A stretch of DNA of 64,000 nucleotides from Prasinococcaceae sp. CCMP 1430 (lineage: Eukaryota > Plantae > Prasinodermophyta), in NCBI GenBank assembly GCA_013416795.1, contig RQSC01000002.1, positions 472,145-536,144 on the forward strand, read 5' to 3'. Both the position numbers and the translations under genes were made by a program. The notes beneath the pieces are model-generated. The model saw only the letters and a list, made by a program, of their open reading frames with translations. It ran no database searches and was not told where the DNA came from. This document shows positions 45,377 to 57,800 of the stretch, in pieces (position 1 is the stretch's first letter; each line of letters begins with the position of its first letter).

Positions 45377-47154
45377 TTAGGAACGCCAAGCCAAGACTGG
45401 CCATCGTCTAGATCGATCTGCGTGCGATGAGCTTGTTCGGCCTGCTCGCGCTGCGCGTCGGCGCTCGCTCGCGTCCGCGCCTCCTCTTCTTCCTTGATTT
45501 TCTGGTACGGGTCGACGAAAATGGTCACCTTCTCGATGGTGACGGGTTGCGTTGGCCTGTCGCCCTCGCCCGTGGGCACCGCCTCGAGGGCGTTGAGCAC
45601 ATCTAGACCGCCCACCACTCGGCCGAAGACGCTGTGCTTGTTGTCGAGGTGGCGCGCCTGCCGGTACAGCACGAAGAACTGCGACTTGTTGGTGTGCGGC
45701 CCCGAGTTGGCCATTGACAGCACGCCACGCGCGTCGTGCGCGAGGCGATTGTCGAACTCGTCTTTGAAGGGCTTCCCCCACATGCTCTCGCCGCCACGAC
45801 CGCTGCCGGTGGGGTCGCCCCCCTGTATCATGAAGTTGCGGATAGACCGGTGGAAACCAACACCGTCGTAGTAGCCCTTGCGGCAAAGCCCCAGGAAATT
45901 CTCGCAGGTGCGCGGCACCAGGTCGCAGTGCAGCTCCACGTTCAGGTCGCCGTGTGACGTGTGCAGCCGCACGTAGCCCTTTTCCTTGGGCGTCTCCACC
46001 TTCCGAACAAGCACCAGCTCCTGCCCTCCCGCGATGGGCGCCGCGCTCGATGTGAAGCAAGCGCCAGCGGCGCCCGTAGCGCGACGCTTGAGCTCGTATC
46101 CCTCCGGCACGTTCATCTCCTCAAGCCTGGCGGCCTTGGAGGCCTTGGCGCCGCGCTTGTCTAGATGGTCAAGCAATACCGGCTGCGGGCGGTTGGGCCC
46201 CCCGTCGCCACTTCCGCCCCCGAAGACGATGACGTCCTCACCGCGCTGCGCGGCGAGCGCGGCGGCATGCTCCGCTGTGCCGGGAGCATTCCCACCGAGC
46301 GCGTTGCGCGCGCGAACACGCCGGCCTGCAATGACGATCGAATCGTCGTCGCCGTCGACGGCGTCGCGGCCCTCCGCAGCGCGCTTGCGCGCGGCGCGTT
46401 CGGCGGCGCGGCGCGTCTCCTTTGCGCCGCCAATGGTGCCAATGTCCAGGGGGATGGCAGCGGGGCGCTCGCCGCTGGCCGCCAACTTGGCTGCCGCTGC
46501 GAGCGCGGCGCGCTGCCGACGCGGCGGCGGAGGGCGGGCCGCCGCCGCCGCCGCCTCGTCCGTGCCGAGCGCGCCCAGCGCCGCCTTGACGTCGGCGCTC
46601 ATGCCGCCGGCGTGAACCGTCGCCCCATTTTGCTGCGCGCCGCCGACGCCCGAGCCGAGCTTCTTGCGCACGTGGTAAAATGTGTCGGGCGCCGGCCGAG
46701 CGGCGAGGGGGTCGCGCAGCGTGATCACGTCGGCGCGCGTGAACTTTTCGTCGCTCAGGAGGTCGCGCAGGTTCTTGGCGCGCAGGTTGAGCTCCTCGAC
46801 GGCCTTGTAGCTGAAGACGTTGCCCGTGGTGCGTATGGCGGCGATCTTGGTGTGCTGCGTGAACGCCTCTCCAAGCACCGGGCAGCAGAGCTCGCCACCG
46901 GCGTTGCGCGCGTAGGTAAGGCGCACCAGCTCCTTGACGCGCAGCGGCGCGCCGCTCACCGGGTCGACGCCGTGCGCGCGCACGAACGGCACGGCGTTAG
47001 AGAGGTCGTACACTGTGCCGTCCGCCGGGTTACAGCACGGGTCGCGGAAGGGCTGCAGCGACAGAGCGCAGCAGTCGAACGGCACGCCCGTCGCCGGCGC
47101 CGCGTGGTAGGTAGACACGCCGCCGCCGCCAGCCTTGCCGCCGCCGGACGCCAT
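45377..47154 (-). CDS. PPIL2: U-box/RING cyclophilin PPIL2 (Cyp60/CYP65)
   Basis: PFDCCALSLQPFRDP; CPVLGEAFTQHTKIAAIRTTGNVFSYKAVEELN; LLSDEKFTRADVITL; KGYVRLHTSHGDLNVELHCD...FHRSIRNFMIQGGDPTGSGRGGESMWG...HLDNKHSVFG. Confidence 0.92.
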
Positions 47155-47285
47155 TGCGCTCTGCGCCCGAGCGTTCCACCCCTCCACCACCACCACCGCC
47201 ACCCTGCCGCCCGCCCCTCCGCACGCCCGCGCGGGCGGGCGGNCACCGCGAGCGCGAGCGCCGGTGCTGCCGCGTGGGCGGCGCG

Positions 47286-48411
47286 ATGGCTCCCGCGCGC
47301 GTGGAGGTGGCGTCGGCGGCGGACCTCGCGGCACGGCTGGCGGCCGCGCCGGCGGCCGCCGTGCACTTCTGGGCGCAGTGGTGCGAGCCGTGCGGCGCGG
47401 TCGACGAGACGCTCGCCGCGCTCACCGCGGACAGCGGAGACGCGGGCGCACTGCTGCGCGTGGAGGCGGAGGCGCACTCAGAGATCGCCGAGGCGCACGG
47501 GGTTGCGGCGGTGCCGTGCGTGCTCGTGTTCAAGGGCGGTAAGCGAGTGGCCACTATCGAGGGGGTCAACCCACCCGCCCTCGCCGCCGCTGTTGAGGGC
47601 GCGTTCGGCGCTGCGCCGCCGGCGGCCCCTGCCGAGCCAGCCGCCGCTCCCGCGGCGCCTGCAAAGCGTCCTGTGGACGACCTGGCGGGCCTCGTTCGCT
47701 CGCACGACGTGATGCTCTTCATGAAGGGCAACCCCGACGCGCCACGCTGCGGCTTCTCGCGCAAGGCGGTGGAGCGCCTGCAGGCGACCGGACACAAGTT
47801 CGGCACCTTCGACATCCTCGAGGACGAGGACGTCCGGCAGGAGCTCAAGAAGTTTTCGCAGTGGCCCACCTACCCGCAGCTATACCTCAAGGGCGAGCTG
47901 CTCGGCGGCAACGACATCATCCAGGAGATGGCTGAGAGCGGCGAGCTGCAGAAGACATTTGATGAGGTGCGCATGCTCCTTGCGCCGGTGGCATCGTTCC
48001 TGCTCACGCGCCAAGCCGCCCGCCGCATGCAACCCTGGACCCGGACACGGGCGCGCTGACCCCTGTCATCCCGAACCCTCTCCGCTGCAGGCGCTCAAGC
48101 GTCCTGTGGACGACCTGGCGGGCCTCGTTCGCTCGCACGACGTGATGCTCTTCATGAAGGGCAACCCCGACGCGCCACGCTGCGGCTTCTCGCGCAAGGC
48201 GGTGGAGCGCCTGCAGGCGACCGGACACAAGTTCGGCACCTTCGACATCCTCGAGGACGAGGACGTCCGGCAGGAGCTCAAGAAGTTTTCGCAGTGGCCC
48301 ACCTACCCGCAGCTATACCTCAAGGGCGAGCTGCTCGGCGGCAACGACATCATCCAGGAGATGGCTGAGAGCGGCGAGCTGCAGAAGACGTTCGACGAGG
48401 CGCTCAAATGA
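47286..48411 (+). CDS. GRXS17: Multidomain monothiol glutaredoxin (GRXS17/Grx3-4/PICOT type): Trx domain plus two CGFS Grx domains; exons 47286-47966 and 48091-48411
   Basis: Trx-like [11 protein letters not shown]; two copies of [19 protein letters not shown]...[21 protein letters not shown]. Confidence 0.9.
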
Positions 48412-48643
48412 GGCGGGCCACGGGCCATTGTAAAGTGTCAACAATTTTGGGGCTGCGCAGGAGTCTGCGTGTCTCAGAGCTGGAGAGAGGGGTATCAGTG
48501 GACCTAGGCTGGCCGCGCGCGTGGCGTCCCATCGAGTACCATGGTGAGCTTATTAATGGGGGTGGGTTTGGGGGGGAGGCCGCCGCTGCGGGCGCCCTTT
48601 GTGACCGGACCACAAGCGCCGCGCCGGCAGTCGTGGGTAGCAG

Positions 48644-49336
48644 TCAGATGAGCTCAATGTCGCCCGCCTCAACGAGGTGCCCGATCTTGTCGTGCTGCGT
48701 GATGCGCCTCATGCCCTGGCCCATTTCGACGGGGTCCACACCCTCCTCCAGCTCGACCATGCCCAGGTCCCTGCGGACGTGACACCACACGTGCACGTCG
48801 TCCTTGGGGCTAGGCACGAGGTTCCACTGTCCCTCCCCCCTTCCGTCCTCGCCAACAGTCTCGTAGAGCATATGCCCAAAGTCTCGCGGCAGCGCGTCCA
48901 GCACGTTGGCCCCTACCAGCTTGGAGTGGCTCTCGAGGAGGCCCATGGCGAACGCTCGCTCGGGGTCGCACAAGAGCGGCGCCTCACCGGACTTTTGTCT
49001 GCCCAGGTCCTGCATGATGAAGTGGGCGGTGTACCTCTCGATCTTGCGCAGCCGGCAGCGCATGTACGAGTTGAGCGCAAACTTGTTGCGCTCGACATCC
49101 GCGTGCAGCTCGGCGTGGAAGAAGTTCGCTGCCACGCCCGTCGAACCCTTGGCCTTCCTCTCCGCCTCCTCCTGGTCGCGCACTGTGGCCCGCACGCTCT
49201 CAACGAGCTCCTCGTCGTACGGCAGCAGCCGCGGACAGAACTTTTCGTTGAGCCACGCGCGCTTGACCGCACGTCCCAGCGCCGCGAGCGCGGCGGATGG
49301 GTCCGACGGGTCAAGGATGTCGTCGAGCTGGCTCAT
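48644..49336 (-). CDS. SLD5: GINS complex subunit SLD5 (GINS4)
   Basis: RAWLNEKFCPRLLPYDEELV; DVERNKFALNSYMRCRLRKIERY; LCDPERAFA; C-terminal VPSPKDDVHVWCHV. Confidence 0.88.
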   Translation of the reverse strand: MSQLDDILDPSDPSAALAALGRAVKRAWLNEKFCPRLLPYDEELVESVRATVRDQEEAERKAKGSTGVAANFFHAELHADVERNKFALNSYMRCRLRKIERYTAHFIMQDLGRQKSGEAPLLCDPERAFAMGLLESHSKLVGANVLDALPRDFGHMLYETVGEDGRGEGQWNLVPSPKDDVHVWCHVRRDLGMVELEEGVDPVEMGQGMRRITQHDKIGHLVEAGDIELI

Positions 49337-49803
49337 GCTCGCCGGCAGGGCGCGGACCGGCAGCGGCCCGGCGCCCCGCGCCCCGCCCCGCCCGAAGCTG
49401 CCCGAAGCTGCCCGAAGCTGCACGCGCGCGTTCGCGCGCGGTCGCCCGGCCTGCCGCCCTGCAGCCGAGCAGCCGAGCGGCGCAGAGCGAGCGAGCGAGC
49501 GAGGAAGCAAGCGCACCTGCCACTCAGCGGTCGGGATCTCGCTCTCCCACGCGCGTGGATCACGCCACGGGCAGCGCGCTACCGCGCGGCGGGGCGCCCT
49601 GTGGCGCCAGCGCAAGCGCGCGCGCGCGCGCTCGAAAATCGCCCGATCGGAAGCGGCAGAGTCAAACCCGGATTCGCGCCCGATCGGCTGCAGCTTTTCC
49701 CCCGTCTGACCCGCATATTTGGGATGAATGCATCCGAATACCCCGGGTCATTTCAAATTAGACCCGGTCTCTTCACGCACATTTCCATCTCTGCCATCGC
49801 TCA

Positions 49804-49811
49804 TTTGGCGC
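49804..49811 (+). promoter_or_regulatory. E2F-type site TTTGGCGC in the AT-rich SLD5/NUP160 divergent promoter
   Basis: Exact match to the TTTSSCGC consensus, upstream of a DNA replication gene. A single site only. Confidence 0.35.
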
Positions 49812-49931
49812 GCGCATTTTTGCGCCTTTTTTTTTGCGTGAGCCGGTGCGATTTGATGGATTCGCGAGTGCTTTTTCCCCACGAGTTTTTTATTTTTAGG
49901 GCGTGCGCCGCCCGCCGCCTGCGTGCGATTT

Positions 49932-52900
49932 GATGGCCTCGATCGTCAACATCAGTGCGCGTTCGGCCTCGTGCCACAGCGTGCGCGCGCAGGCAGGGGG
50001 GCGGGCACCACCCCTGGCCGCTGGGGCGGCGAGGGGAGGGGGGGTGGGATCCCCATCCGCGGCGCTGCGCGAGGGGCGCGGAAAGGGAGGGGAGGACCAG
50101 ACCGCGCCGCGCAGCGGCGGCGTTCGCGCGCGCGCGCGCGTGCGCGTGCTCGAAGCAAGCGAAGGCGGCGACAGGGGCGCAGCCGGCGGCGGCGGCTCGC
50201 GCGCGGTGTGCTGGCGCGTGCGCGCGGCGCTGCCGCACGTGATCGAGCTCGTGGAGTGGGCCCTTGGAGGCGCAGCGGAGCGCCCGTCCGCGCTGCGGCT
50301 AGCTCTTCCTGGCACCATCCTCCCCGGTGGCGTCGCGCTCGCGCCATCCCGCTCGCCGGGCGGCACAGTCGTCGCCGTCGCGTGCTCTGACGGTGCCGTG
50401 TACGTGCTCTCGCTCGGCGGAGGCGGCTCGAGCAGCCTAGACGAGGTGCAGCCCGAGTCCGTCGCCCGCATCGACCTGCCAGAACTGCTACACGAGGGCT
50501 TTGTTCCCACTGGCGTCGAGCTTGCAGGCGACACCCTGTGCCTCGGCGCGTACGGCGCCGATCGCGCCGGCGTGCTCTGCGTGCCGTTGGCGGGCGATGC
50601 CGTGGGTGCGTATGAGCTGCGTGGCTCGGCGCTCAACAAGGTGTGGGAGGGCCTGCGATCCTTCGCGCCCCAGAAACTCCTGGGCGCGGAGCCGCGCGTG
50701 GTTGCGCTCGCCGCGCGCGCGTTCGTGGGCGTCGCGCGCCCGCTCGTTCTCGCGCTGCACGAGGACGGCTCGCTGCGAGCGTGGGACGTGTCGGGCAGGC
50801 AGGTGGCGTTCACGGCGGCGATGGACCCCACGGCGGTGGACCCGGACGTCCACGCCGACGGGCTGTCTCCGGCCGGCATGTGGGTAGACGCGCCGCCCGC
50901 CGCAGGCAATGCCTCGGCCATCGCGGTGGTGCATTACAGCAACGCGTCGGGCGGCGGCGCGCGCGACGTGTCCTTCGCGGTACGCACATCCGCGTCGGGC
51001 GGCGCGGTGAAAGGCAGCGCCAAAGCTGTTGCAGCTCTGCGCGGGGTGTCAGCGGGCGCGGCGGGCACACCGCTTGGCGTCGTTGTCTCGGACGAGAGCT
51101 GCTGGATGCTCGTGGAGCTCGCTGCGACTGGGGGGCACGAGGTGCGCTGTGTGGCCGTCGCGGGGAGCGCCGCGGCGAGGCGTTGCCATCTCCTCGGAGA
51201 TGACGTCTGCGCGCTGGCGCTGTCTGGTGATGGAGAAGGTGACGGCGCTGATGACATTGGCTTCGCCGAGCGCATGCTCGACACCCTTGGCGCGACAGAT
51301 GAGGCCATGGACGGAGATGGCAGCGTCGACGACGCACTCAAGGTGCAGCGGAACGCGCAGATCGCCGAGGTCTTCCTCGAAGGCCTTCTTTCGCCCGTGA
51401 CACTGTGCGGGCGAGCGCTGCGTGCTGCGCTTGGCGGCACTGGCGCGAGCGCGGCAGAGCTTGGTCGCGCCGCCACGCGCGCGGAGCTGCGCGCCATTGT
51501 CATCGGAGCTGTGCGCGCCGCCGCCGCCGGACACCACGCGAGCGGGGGAGGGGCTGCCGCTGCTGAGCTCCACGCGTGGCGCGCACTGTGCCGGCGATAT
51601 GCACACGAGTGGACGATGCAACGTGCGCCATGTGGGCTCGTGGGGCTCGGATGCTACTCGGGAGGAGCGGTGGTAGTGTCCGCCACGGCGGTGTCGGTGT
51701 TGCGCCCGCAGGTCTTCCACGAGACCCTGCGTGACCTCGCGTCCGAAATGGCTGGCAGCGTGATTGCACCACGAGGCATTTCCGCGGGCGGGGCGGGCGC
51801 TGGGCGCACAGTCCTGCAGCGCCCTGCCAGCATGAGTGCTTCGGACTGGCAAGATGTGCAGACGGTGTGCGCGTGCGCTGCGGCAGCAGAAGCCAGCCTC
51901 GGCCCTCTGCCGCTCGCGGCGTTTGCACCGGCGCTCCTACGTGGTGCGGAGACGCCGGATCTTGCATGCGAGTACGCCCGCCTGCTGCTCAGTGGCCAGC
52001 TCGGTGGCACCGGCGCTGGCATGCGTGTGTCGGGCACTGCCGTGAGCCGCGCGCGCGCGGCTGGCCGGCGGCTCGGCGTGGCGATCGCCGGCAGGCTTGC
52101 AGCGCTTCGTGACCCAGCCAGAGCCGTCGCGCTCGCGCTTAGATGCGCCGAGCTGCCCGTTCCTGCGGCTGGGGAAGACAACGATCAGGGCGCCAAGAGC
52201 TTTGTGGAGGCGCACGTCATGGCGGCGACGGCCGCTCAGGCCGCAGATGCGTCTCTGGCGCTCGGCCGGTCGCTGCTGCTCCTGTCGGCGTACGCGTGCT
52301 TGCTGCGCGGCACTCCGGGTGCGGATGCAGCGCCGGGGGTGACTGCCTCGGCGCGTGCGGCTGCGCTCCCCGAGGCACAGGCGCTTGTGGCGCGCCTGGC
52401 GCTCGTGCGCTGGCTGGCCACATCGCCGTGCGTCGCACCTCCGGCAGGGAGCCCGGCCTCGCGCATGCTAATGAGCACCAGCGGCAAGCTGGGCGGTGCG
52501 ACGATGATTTTGCCCCCTACGCTTGCGGCGCTGCTGGTGCGCGTCGGCCGCGGTGGTGCGGCGCTGCAGCGCACGCCGGCCTGCCGGCCGGGAGACCTAC
52601 CGAGTGCAGCCATCGTCACTCTGGCCGTGCTGCGCTGGGGGGCGATGCCATCGGACGTTTCGATGGGGTCACAGTGCGTCGGCATTTCGACAGAGCTGTA
52701 CGAGCTTGGTCAGGCCGCGGAATTGCGTGACTTCATTGGAGCAGCGGTCCGCGTGCTGCCGCCCCCGCGTGGTTCCTGCCTGGGCGGTGGTGGTGAGGCT
52801 GCCGCGCTGCACTTCGTGCAGGGGCTGTGCCATCTCGCCAGCGCTGATGTCGGCGTGGGGCACGAGGCGGCCGCCGCGCGCTGCTTCTTCCGCGCGAGCG

Positions 52901-54672
52901 CCGCTATCGAATCCATCGACTCGGCTGCGGGGAATGTGCAGGGCGGTGCGAATGCCCCTGTCAGCAACGCGCTTGCCCTCGTTGAGCCGCTGCTAGCTGC
53001 AGCTGCCGGTGCCCCGATCGACTCGCCCATCCCCGCGCTGCGGCGGCTCCAGTACTACGAGGCCTCGCTGCGTCTGTTCGAGCGGCGTGGGGCACAGCGC
53101 GGTGCGGCGGCGTTTGCGCGCTCTGCTGCGGGGGCTGTAGCGGCAGCCGAGCGCGCGGCGGCAGACGCGGGCGATGAGGAAGGCCTGGCGGCGGCGCGTT
53201 CCGCTGGCGAGCGCCTGTGGACCTCAGCATTTCGGCATGCGTGCGATGTCGGCGAGTGGACGGACGCGTACGTAGCTGCGGCCGCAAACTCCAACCCTGA
53301 GCGGGCGGTGGAGTGCGTCCGAAGGCTCGCCAGCGTCATGGCGGAGGACACTCCTCGCGGCGCGGCTGAGGCGCTGGTTGCGCTGCCGTTTGCGCGACCA
53401 GGGCTGGCAGTGGCCGCCGCGGCTGCGGTGCGGCGGCGTGCAGAGGCGGCAGGCATTGAGGCGTGCCCGCCGCTCTTCGAGCTCGCGTACAAGCTGCTCA
53501 TCCGGCGCGCGCAACGCCGGCCAGCCGCAAGTGCCGCGCTGCGCTGCGCTCGCCGCCTGGCGGTGGAGGCGCCTCAGCGCTCCGCCGAGCGCCTGCGGTT
53601 CCTCACGCTCGCAATCGATGCGCTCGAGCAAGTAGAGGAGGGCTTCCAGTGGCTCGATGAGGGCGAGAGCACAGAGCTGGATGATGCAGCGGAGGGCGGC
53701 GGAACGATGCGCGTGTCCTTGGGCGCAACTGCCGCGGGTGGCAGCGAGGATGACGCGATGGATCTGGGCGATCTGGCCGATGGGGCAATCGGTGGCATCG
53801 GTGCGATGCAAGCACTGGCGGCGGTCGTGGCGGGCGCGCCTCAGCCGACGACGCTGCCAGAGCTGCGGCGCGAGCGAGCGCGGGCAGCCGCTGGTGGTGA
53901 GGGCGCTGCGGCGCAGGACCTCGCTGGTGTCGCCGCGGCGCTGGCGCGTGCAGGCGACGTCGACTTGGCCTCGCACGCGGCCAGCGCGCTGCAGGCGCAC
54001 TCGGAGCGGCCGGCCGCATTGGAGCGTGTCGCTGAGGAGCTCGCGCGCTCCGCCGTCGTGGCGCAGCTCTCGGGTGACTCAGCGCCCACCGCGCGCATCG
54101 CAGAGCGCGCGTGGAGCCGCCTGCGCGCTTTCCTGCGCTCCTTCGGGACCGCGCCCTTCGCGGCGGCGCTTGCTGCCGCGGCGCTCGAGGCCGTGCTCAC
54201 GCTCGAGCCTCGCATCGTGGCGCCCGCGTGGCTCGAGTCGCTCGCGTCGGCCGATGTGGCCTCGCTCGTGCGCGTGCACATGCGCGCAGGGCGCCACGCG
54301 GCGGCCGCTCGTGCAGCCGCGGCCTCGCTGCGCACGTTTGCCGCGAGGACCGATGCGCGCGCGCGCTCGAGGCCGGCTGCGGCGGCATTTCCCTACACCG
54401 TCTTCGACGCGGCCCTCGAGGCAGTGCGCAGCGCGGATGGCAGCGAGAGCGGCGGCGCGCCGCGCGAGGGCAAGGCCGCGCGCGCCTCGGCGGCGACCGA
54501 GCTCGAGGCCGCGCTTGCCGAGCGCCTGCAGACGGCCGCTCGCGACCAGGAGGCGGCGCTCCGCGCGATGGGTGGCGCCTCGCAGCTCGCAGTGATGACG
54601 GGCGGCGGCCACTCGCAGCTCGCTATGGATGCTGCGAGCCCGGCCATGGCGCTCATGCCGGCCGTCGAGTGA
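49932..54672 (+). CDS. NUP160: Nucleoporin Nup160 (Nup120/160 family); true start may lie downstream
   Basis: ~1,580-aa ORF: propeller-like N-terminus (LALHEDGSLRAWDVS) then helical solenoid with LQYYEASLRLFER, LWTSAFRHACDVGEWTDAY...NPERAVECVRRL, and C-terminal FPYTVFD. Confidence 0.75.
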
Positions 54673-55056
54673 TATCGCCCATTCGATGCCCAACGTGCGC
54701 GCGCGCGCGCGCAGCGCGAGTGTAACCACGGCTCGCTTCTCAACCCACGCGCACTAGCGTCCACGCCTCCCACAGCCCGTCGTCCTTGCCCGCCGCGCCG
54801 GTCCCCTCTTTCACGGCTCGCGAAGGCCCGCGGCGCCAACCAGCTGTGCATTCGGAAGCTCTCTTCGGTCCCCTTCTGTGCCGAGAAGCACCACAAAATA
54901 GTGGGACTTTTTCTGCGCGGAAAAATAGCGCGAGCGCGCGCACGGGACACACGGCGCGCGCGCTGAGCTGCCCATCCACCCGCCCCAAAAACCCGCGCGC
55001 GCTCACTCGCGCGCTTGGGGGCGTGGCGTCACGCGCGCATGGGCTGCTGCAGCAAG

Positions 55057-56513
55057 ATGGGCGGAGGGATGGCCTCGTGGTTCTCTAAGGTAGGTGCTGG
55101 CGAGTTTATGCACGCAGAGGTGGCGACATTCTAATTAGCTTGGCACGCGATGGCAACACCCGCGGCCGGCACAGTGCCTGGACGCGCGCGCGAGCGAACA
55201 GACTGGCATGCACGGCCGCGCGCATGCGCTGACGGGCTGCTCGCTGCTCTGCGTGCGTCCCAGCTTGGTCGCCGCACGGGTGAGCGAATGCGCGGCAAGG
55301 GCGGTGGTGCGTCGGCCGGCGCGGCGGAGCCCATCGAGCGCGAGCTCAACGAGAAGAGTGTTGCTCTCGATCGAGTCGCTGTGGTTGTGAGGTGCGTTCA
55401 TGCGCACGACGTGGGCGCCCGAGCCAGCGTCGCCAACAGCGCGCTGAAGCGCAGGAGCATCGCTGACATCACGTCGCACCGCGTCGGGACCTGACTGGGG
55501 CACTCGTTGTTCAACACAGGCAAGTTCTAAAGGACGCCCCTGCTCACAAGAAGGTGCTGCACGCCGTTGCGGGATCCGCCGCCGCGCTTGGTGGCCGCGA
55601 AGGGAGCGCGATGACCGACGCCGTGAAGTCGGACGCCGTGCTCGCAGGTCTGCCAGAAAGCCCACCAGGCTCCCCCGTTGATACCACGGTGAATGTCCGA
55701 CGGCCGCCTAGTGGCCGTGGCAAGGAGCTCCCACAGGTCAGGAAGTTGCAAACCTGTCTGAAGCAGTTCGATGTGGCCGTCGAAGGAGATGTCACCAGGC
55801 CCCTGCAGGACTGGCTCCTGAAACACAAGGCCCTGAAACCGAAGCTGGACAAGGTGCACAGAAAGCGCATCGATCGCGAGTACTTCAGGCGCCAGTATGC
55901 CGCCGCGCTCGCGAAGCACCCCGACGACGACAGCGCGCTAGCCCTGCACGCGCAGCGTCGCGACGACGCCACTGCGGCCGTCACGGTGCACGTGAACGAG
56001 GCGGCGGCGCTGGCATCGCAGCTGGCCGCTGACTTGCCCGCGGTGTACACCGCGGCGAGCGGCCTGATGTCGCGCTGGTCGACGACGCTCGCGGAGGTCT
56101 CCTCTGTGACGTCCTCCATGGCGTCCGACCGTGCGCGCGCGACGGACGCGAGCGCGCAGCACTCCATGCAGGAGTTCGCGGCCGGCGTATCAGACCTTGC
56201 GGCGCGAACGAGCCACAACGCACAGCAGGCGGCCGCGGGGGTCGCGTCCCCCGGCGCTGCCGCCGGCGCTGCCGCTGCCGGTGGAAGTGGCGGCTCGCCT
56301 GGGGCGCCTGCCGAGGAAGAGTACGTCGTTCGTGACGAGGAAGCAGAGCCGGTGCCTCTCTCCAGCCCCGCGACGCCCGTCGCCACCTACGTGCGGGAAG
56401 GGGCGCCCCCGAGTGGAACATCGCAGGCTGCCACGCGCGCCGGAGACTACCCCGCGTCAAACGCCCAGCTTGCGGCGTTCGCCAGGGGGGCGACACCCCC
56501 TCCACCACACTAG
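55057..56513 (+). CDS. Hypothetical coiled-coil protein, possibly BAR-like; multi-exon, 5' structure uncertain
   Basis: MGGGMASWFSK|GT donor; helical FDVAVEGDVTRPLQDWLLKHKALKPKLDKVHRKRIDREYFRRQY segment; disordered tail. Confidence 0.4.
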
Positions 56514-57369
56514 CGAATCAGAGTAGTGCTGGCCGAGAGGGACGCGGGTGCAGCGACGGCCCCCTCGCTCGGGGTGGCGCACACATGGAACGCTACATCA
56601 TGCTTTACAGACGCACTGGGTACCTCAGTGCAGTAGTACGAGGGGCGGCGGGCGCGACAGCAGCTGGTGCGCGCTGGGCGCGTCGATATGCAGGCGTCCA
56701 TTCGTCGACGTTCTCTCTCTATACGTACTCACTATGTAGGTCTCTCTCGCTCTTGGTCTCTCGGGGCTTGGTTCGTTCGCTCCTCGAGTCCTTCGTTGCG
56801 GCGCCCCGATTTGCCTGGGGCGGCTCCGTGCATGCAGTCGTTGCAGTCGCCACGCGCCAGCTCGGTGCCGCTGCCCCTTCATTACTTGGCGCCCGCGCGG
56901 TGGTCCGGCCACCACGTTCCCGACATCCCGATATTCACCCACACGGCGAATGCCGCGAAGAGCAGGCCCTTTGCGCACATGGCGCTCGCCCGGGATGTGG
57001 GCGCCCACATGGCGTTGGCGGCGACGGTGGCGACGCTCCCCTCAGTCGCCACCTGCGTGGTCTGCGCGCTGGCGCCGCCGTTGCTGACGGTCGCGATGGG
57101 CAGCTCCGCCTTGGAAGCGGCGGCGCGCACGCGCACGCGGAGCGCTCACACACGGGCTCACGGGCACGCCACGTAGGCACGCGCGCATGCAGCACAGCAC
57201 CGCACGCGCGTGGCGTGCTCGCCGGCTCCGCGCTGGCGACGTGTTGGTCCTCGGGCTCCCTATCCGCTCCGCCGCACCGCTCCGCTGCTGGCCTCTTCGC
57301 GCGCGGCCGGGCCAGCGCCGGCTGCGTAGACGACGAAGTAGGGCTTTGCCTCGGGGTGGCCGAGGGCAN

Positions 57370-57800
57370 ACGACGTTCCGCGGTCTGGGCCTCGTCGAGA
57401 ACATAATGAGCTGCCTCTACGTGTACCCCGAGCCGGGCGGGACGCGGGTGCCGGGCGTCGTCGACGACGACGGCGGCGGCGACGCTGCTGACGGCCACGG
57501 GGCGGTCGGCGCGGTGCGCTGCGCGAGCCCTGAGGGCGCGGGCGTCATCAACGTGACGGTCGAATGGGGCGTCGACGGCGCCTACGGCGTGGGGTGCGCG
57601 GTGACGGTGCCGTTCGTGTACTACCAGCAGCCGCTCGTGAGGAAGGTGGCGCCGCCGGAGCTCACACGGTACGGTGCGCAGGATGTCACCGTGTACGCGA
57701 GCAACCTGCAGTACATGCCTGAGCACTCGACGCCGGTGTCACACGTGGGCGTCGTCCCGGGCAGCATCCGCGCGACAGCTGGCAGACCTCGCGGAAGAGG
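57370..57800 (+). other. Coding fragment with an IPT/TIG-like Ig fold, next to a single-N join
   Basis: VRCASPEGAGVINVTVEW...VPFVYYQQPLVRKVAPPELTRYGAQDVTVYASNL fits the IPT/TIG F-x-Y...P-x-V-x-x-V-x-P...G-x-x-x-V-T-V pattern; no complete gene model. Confidence 0.45.
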
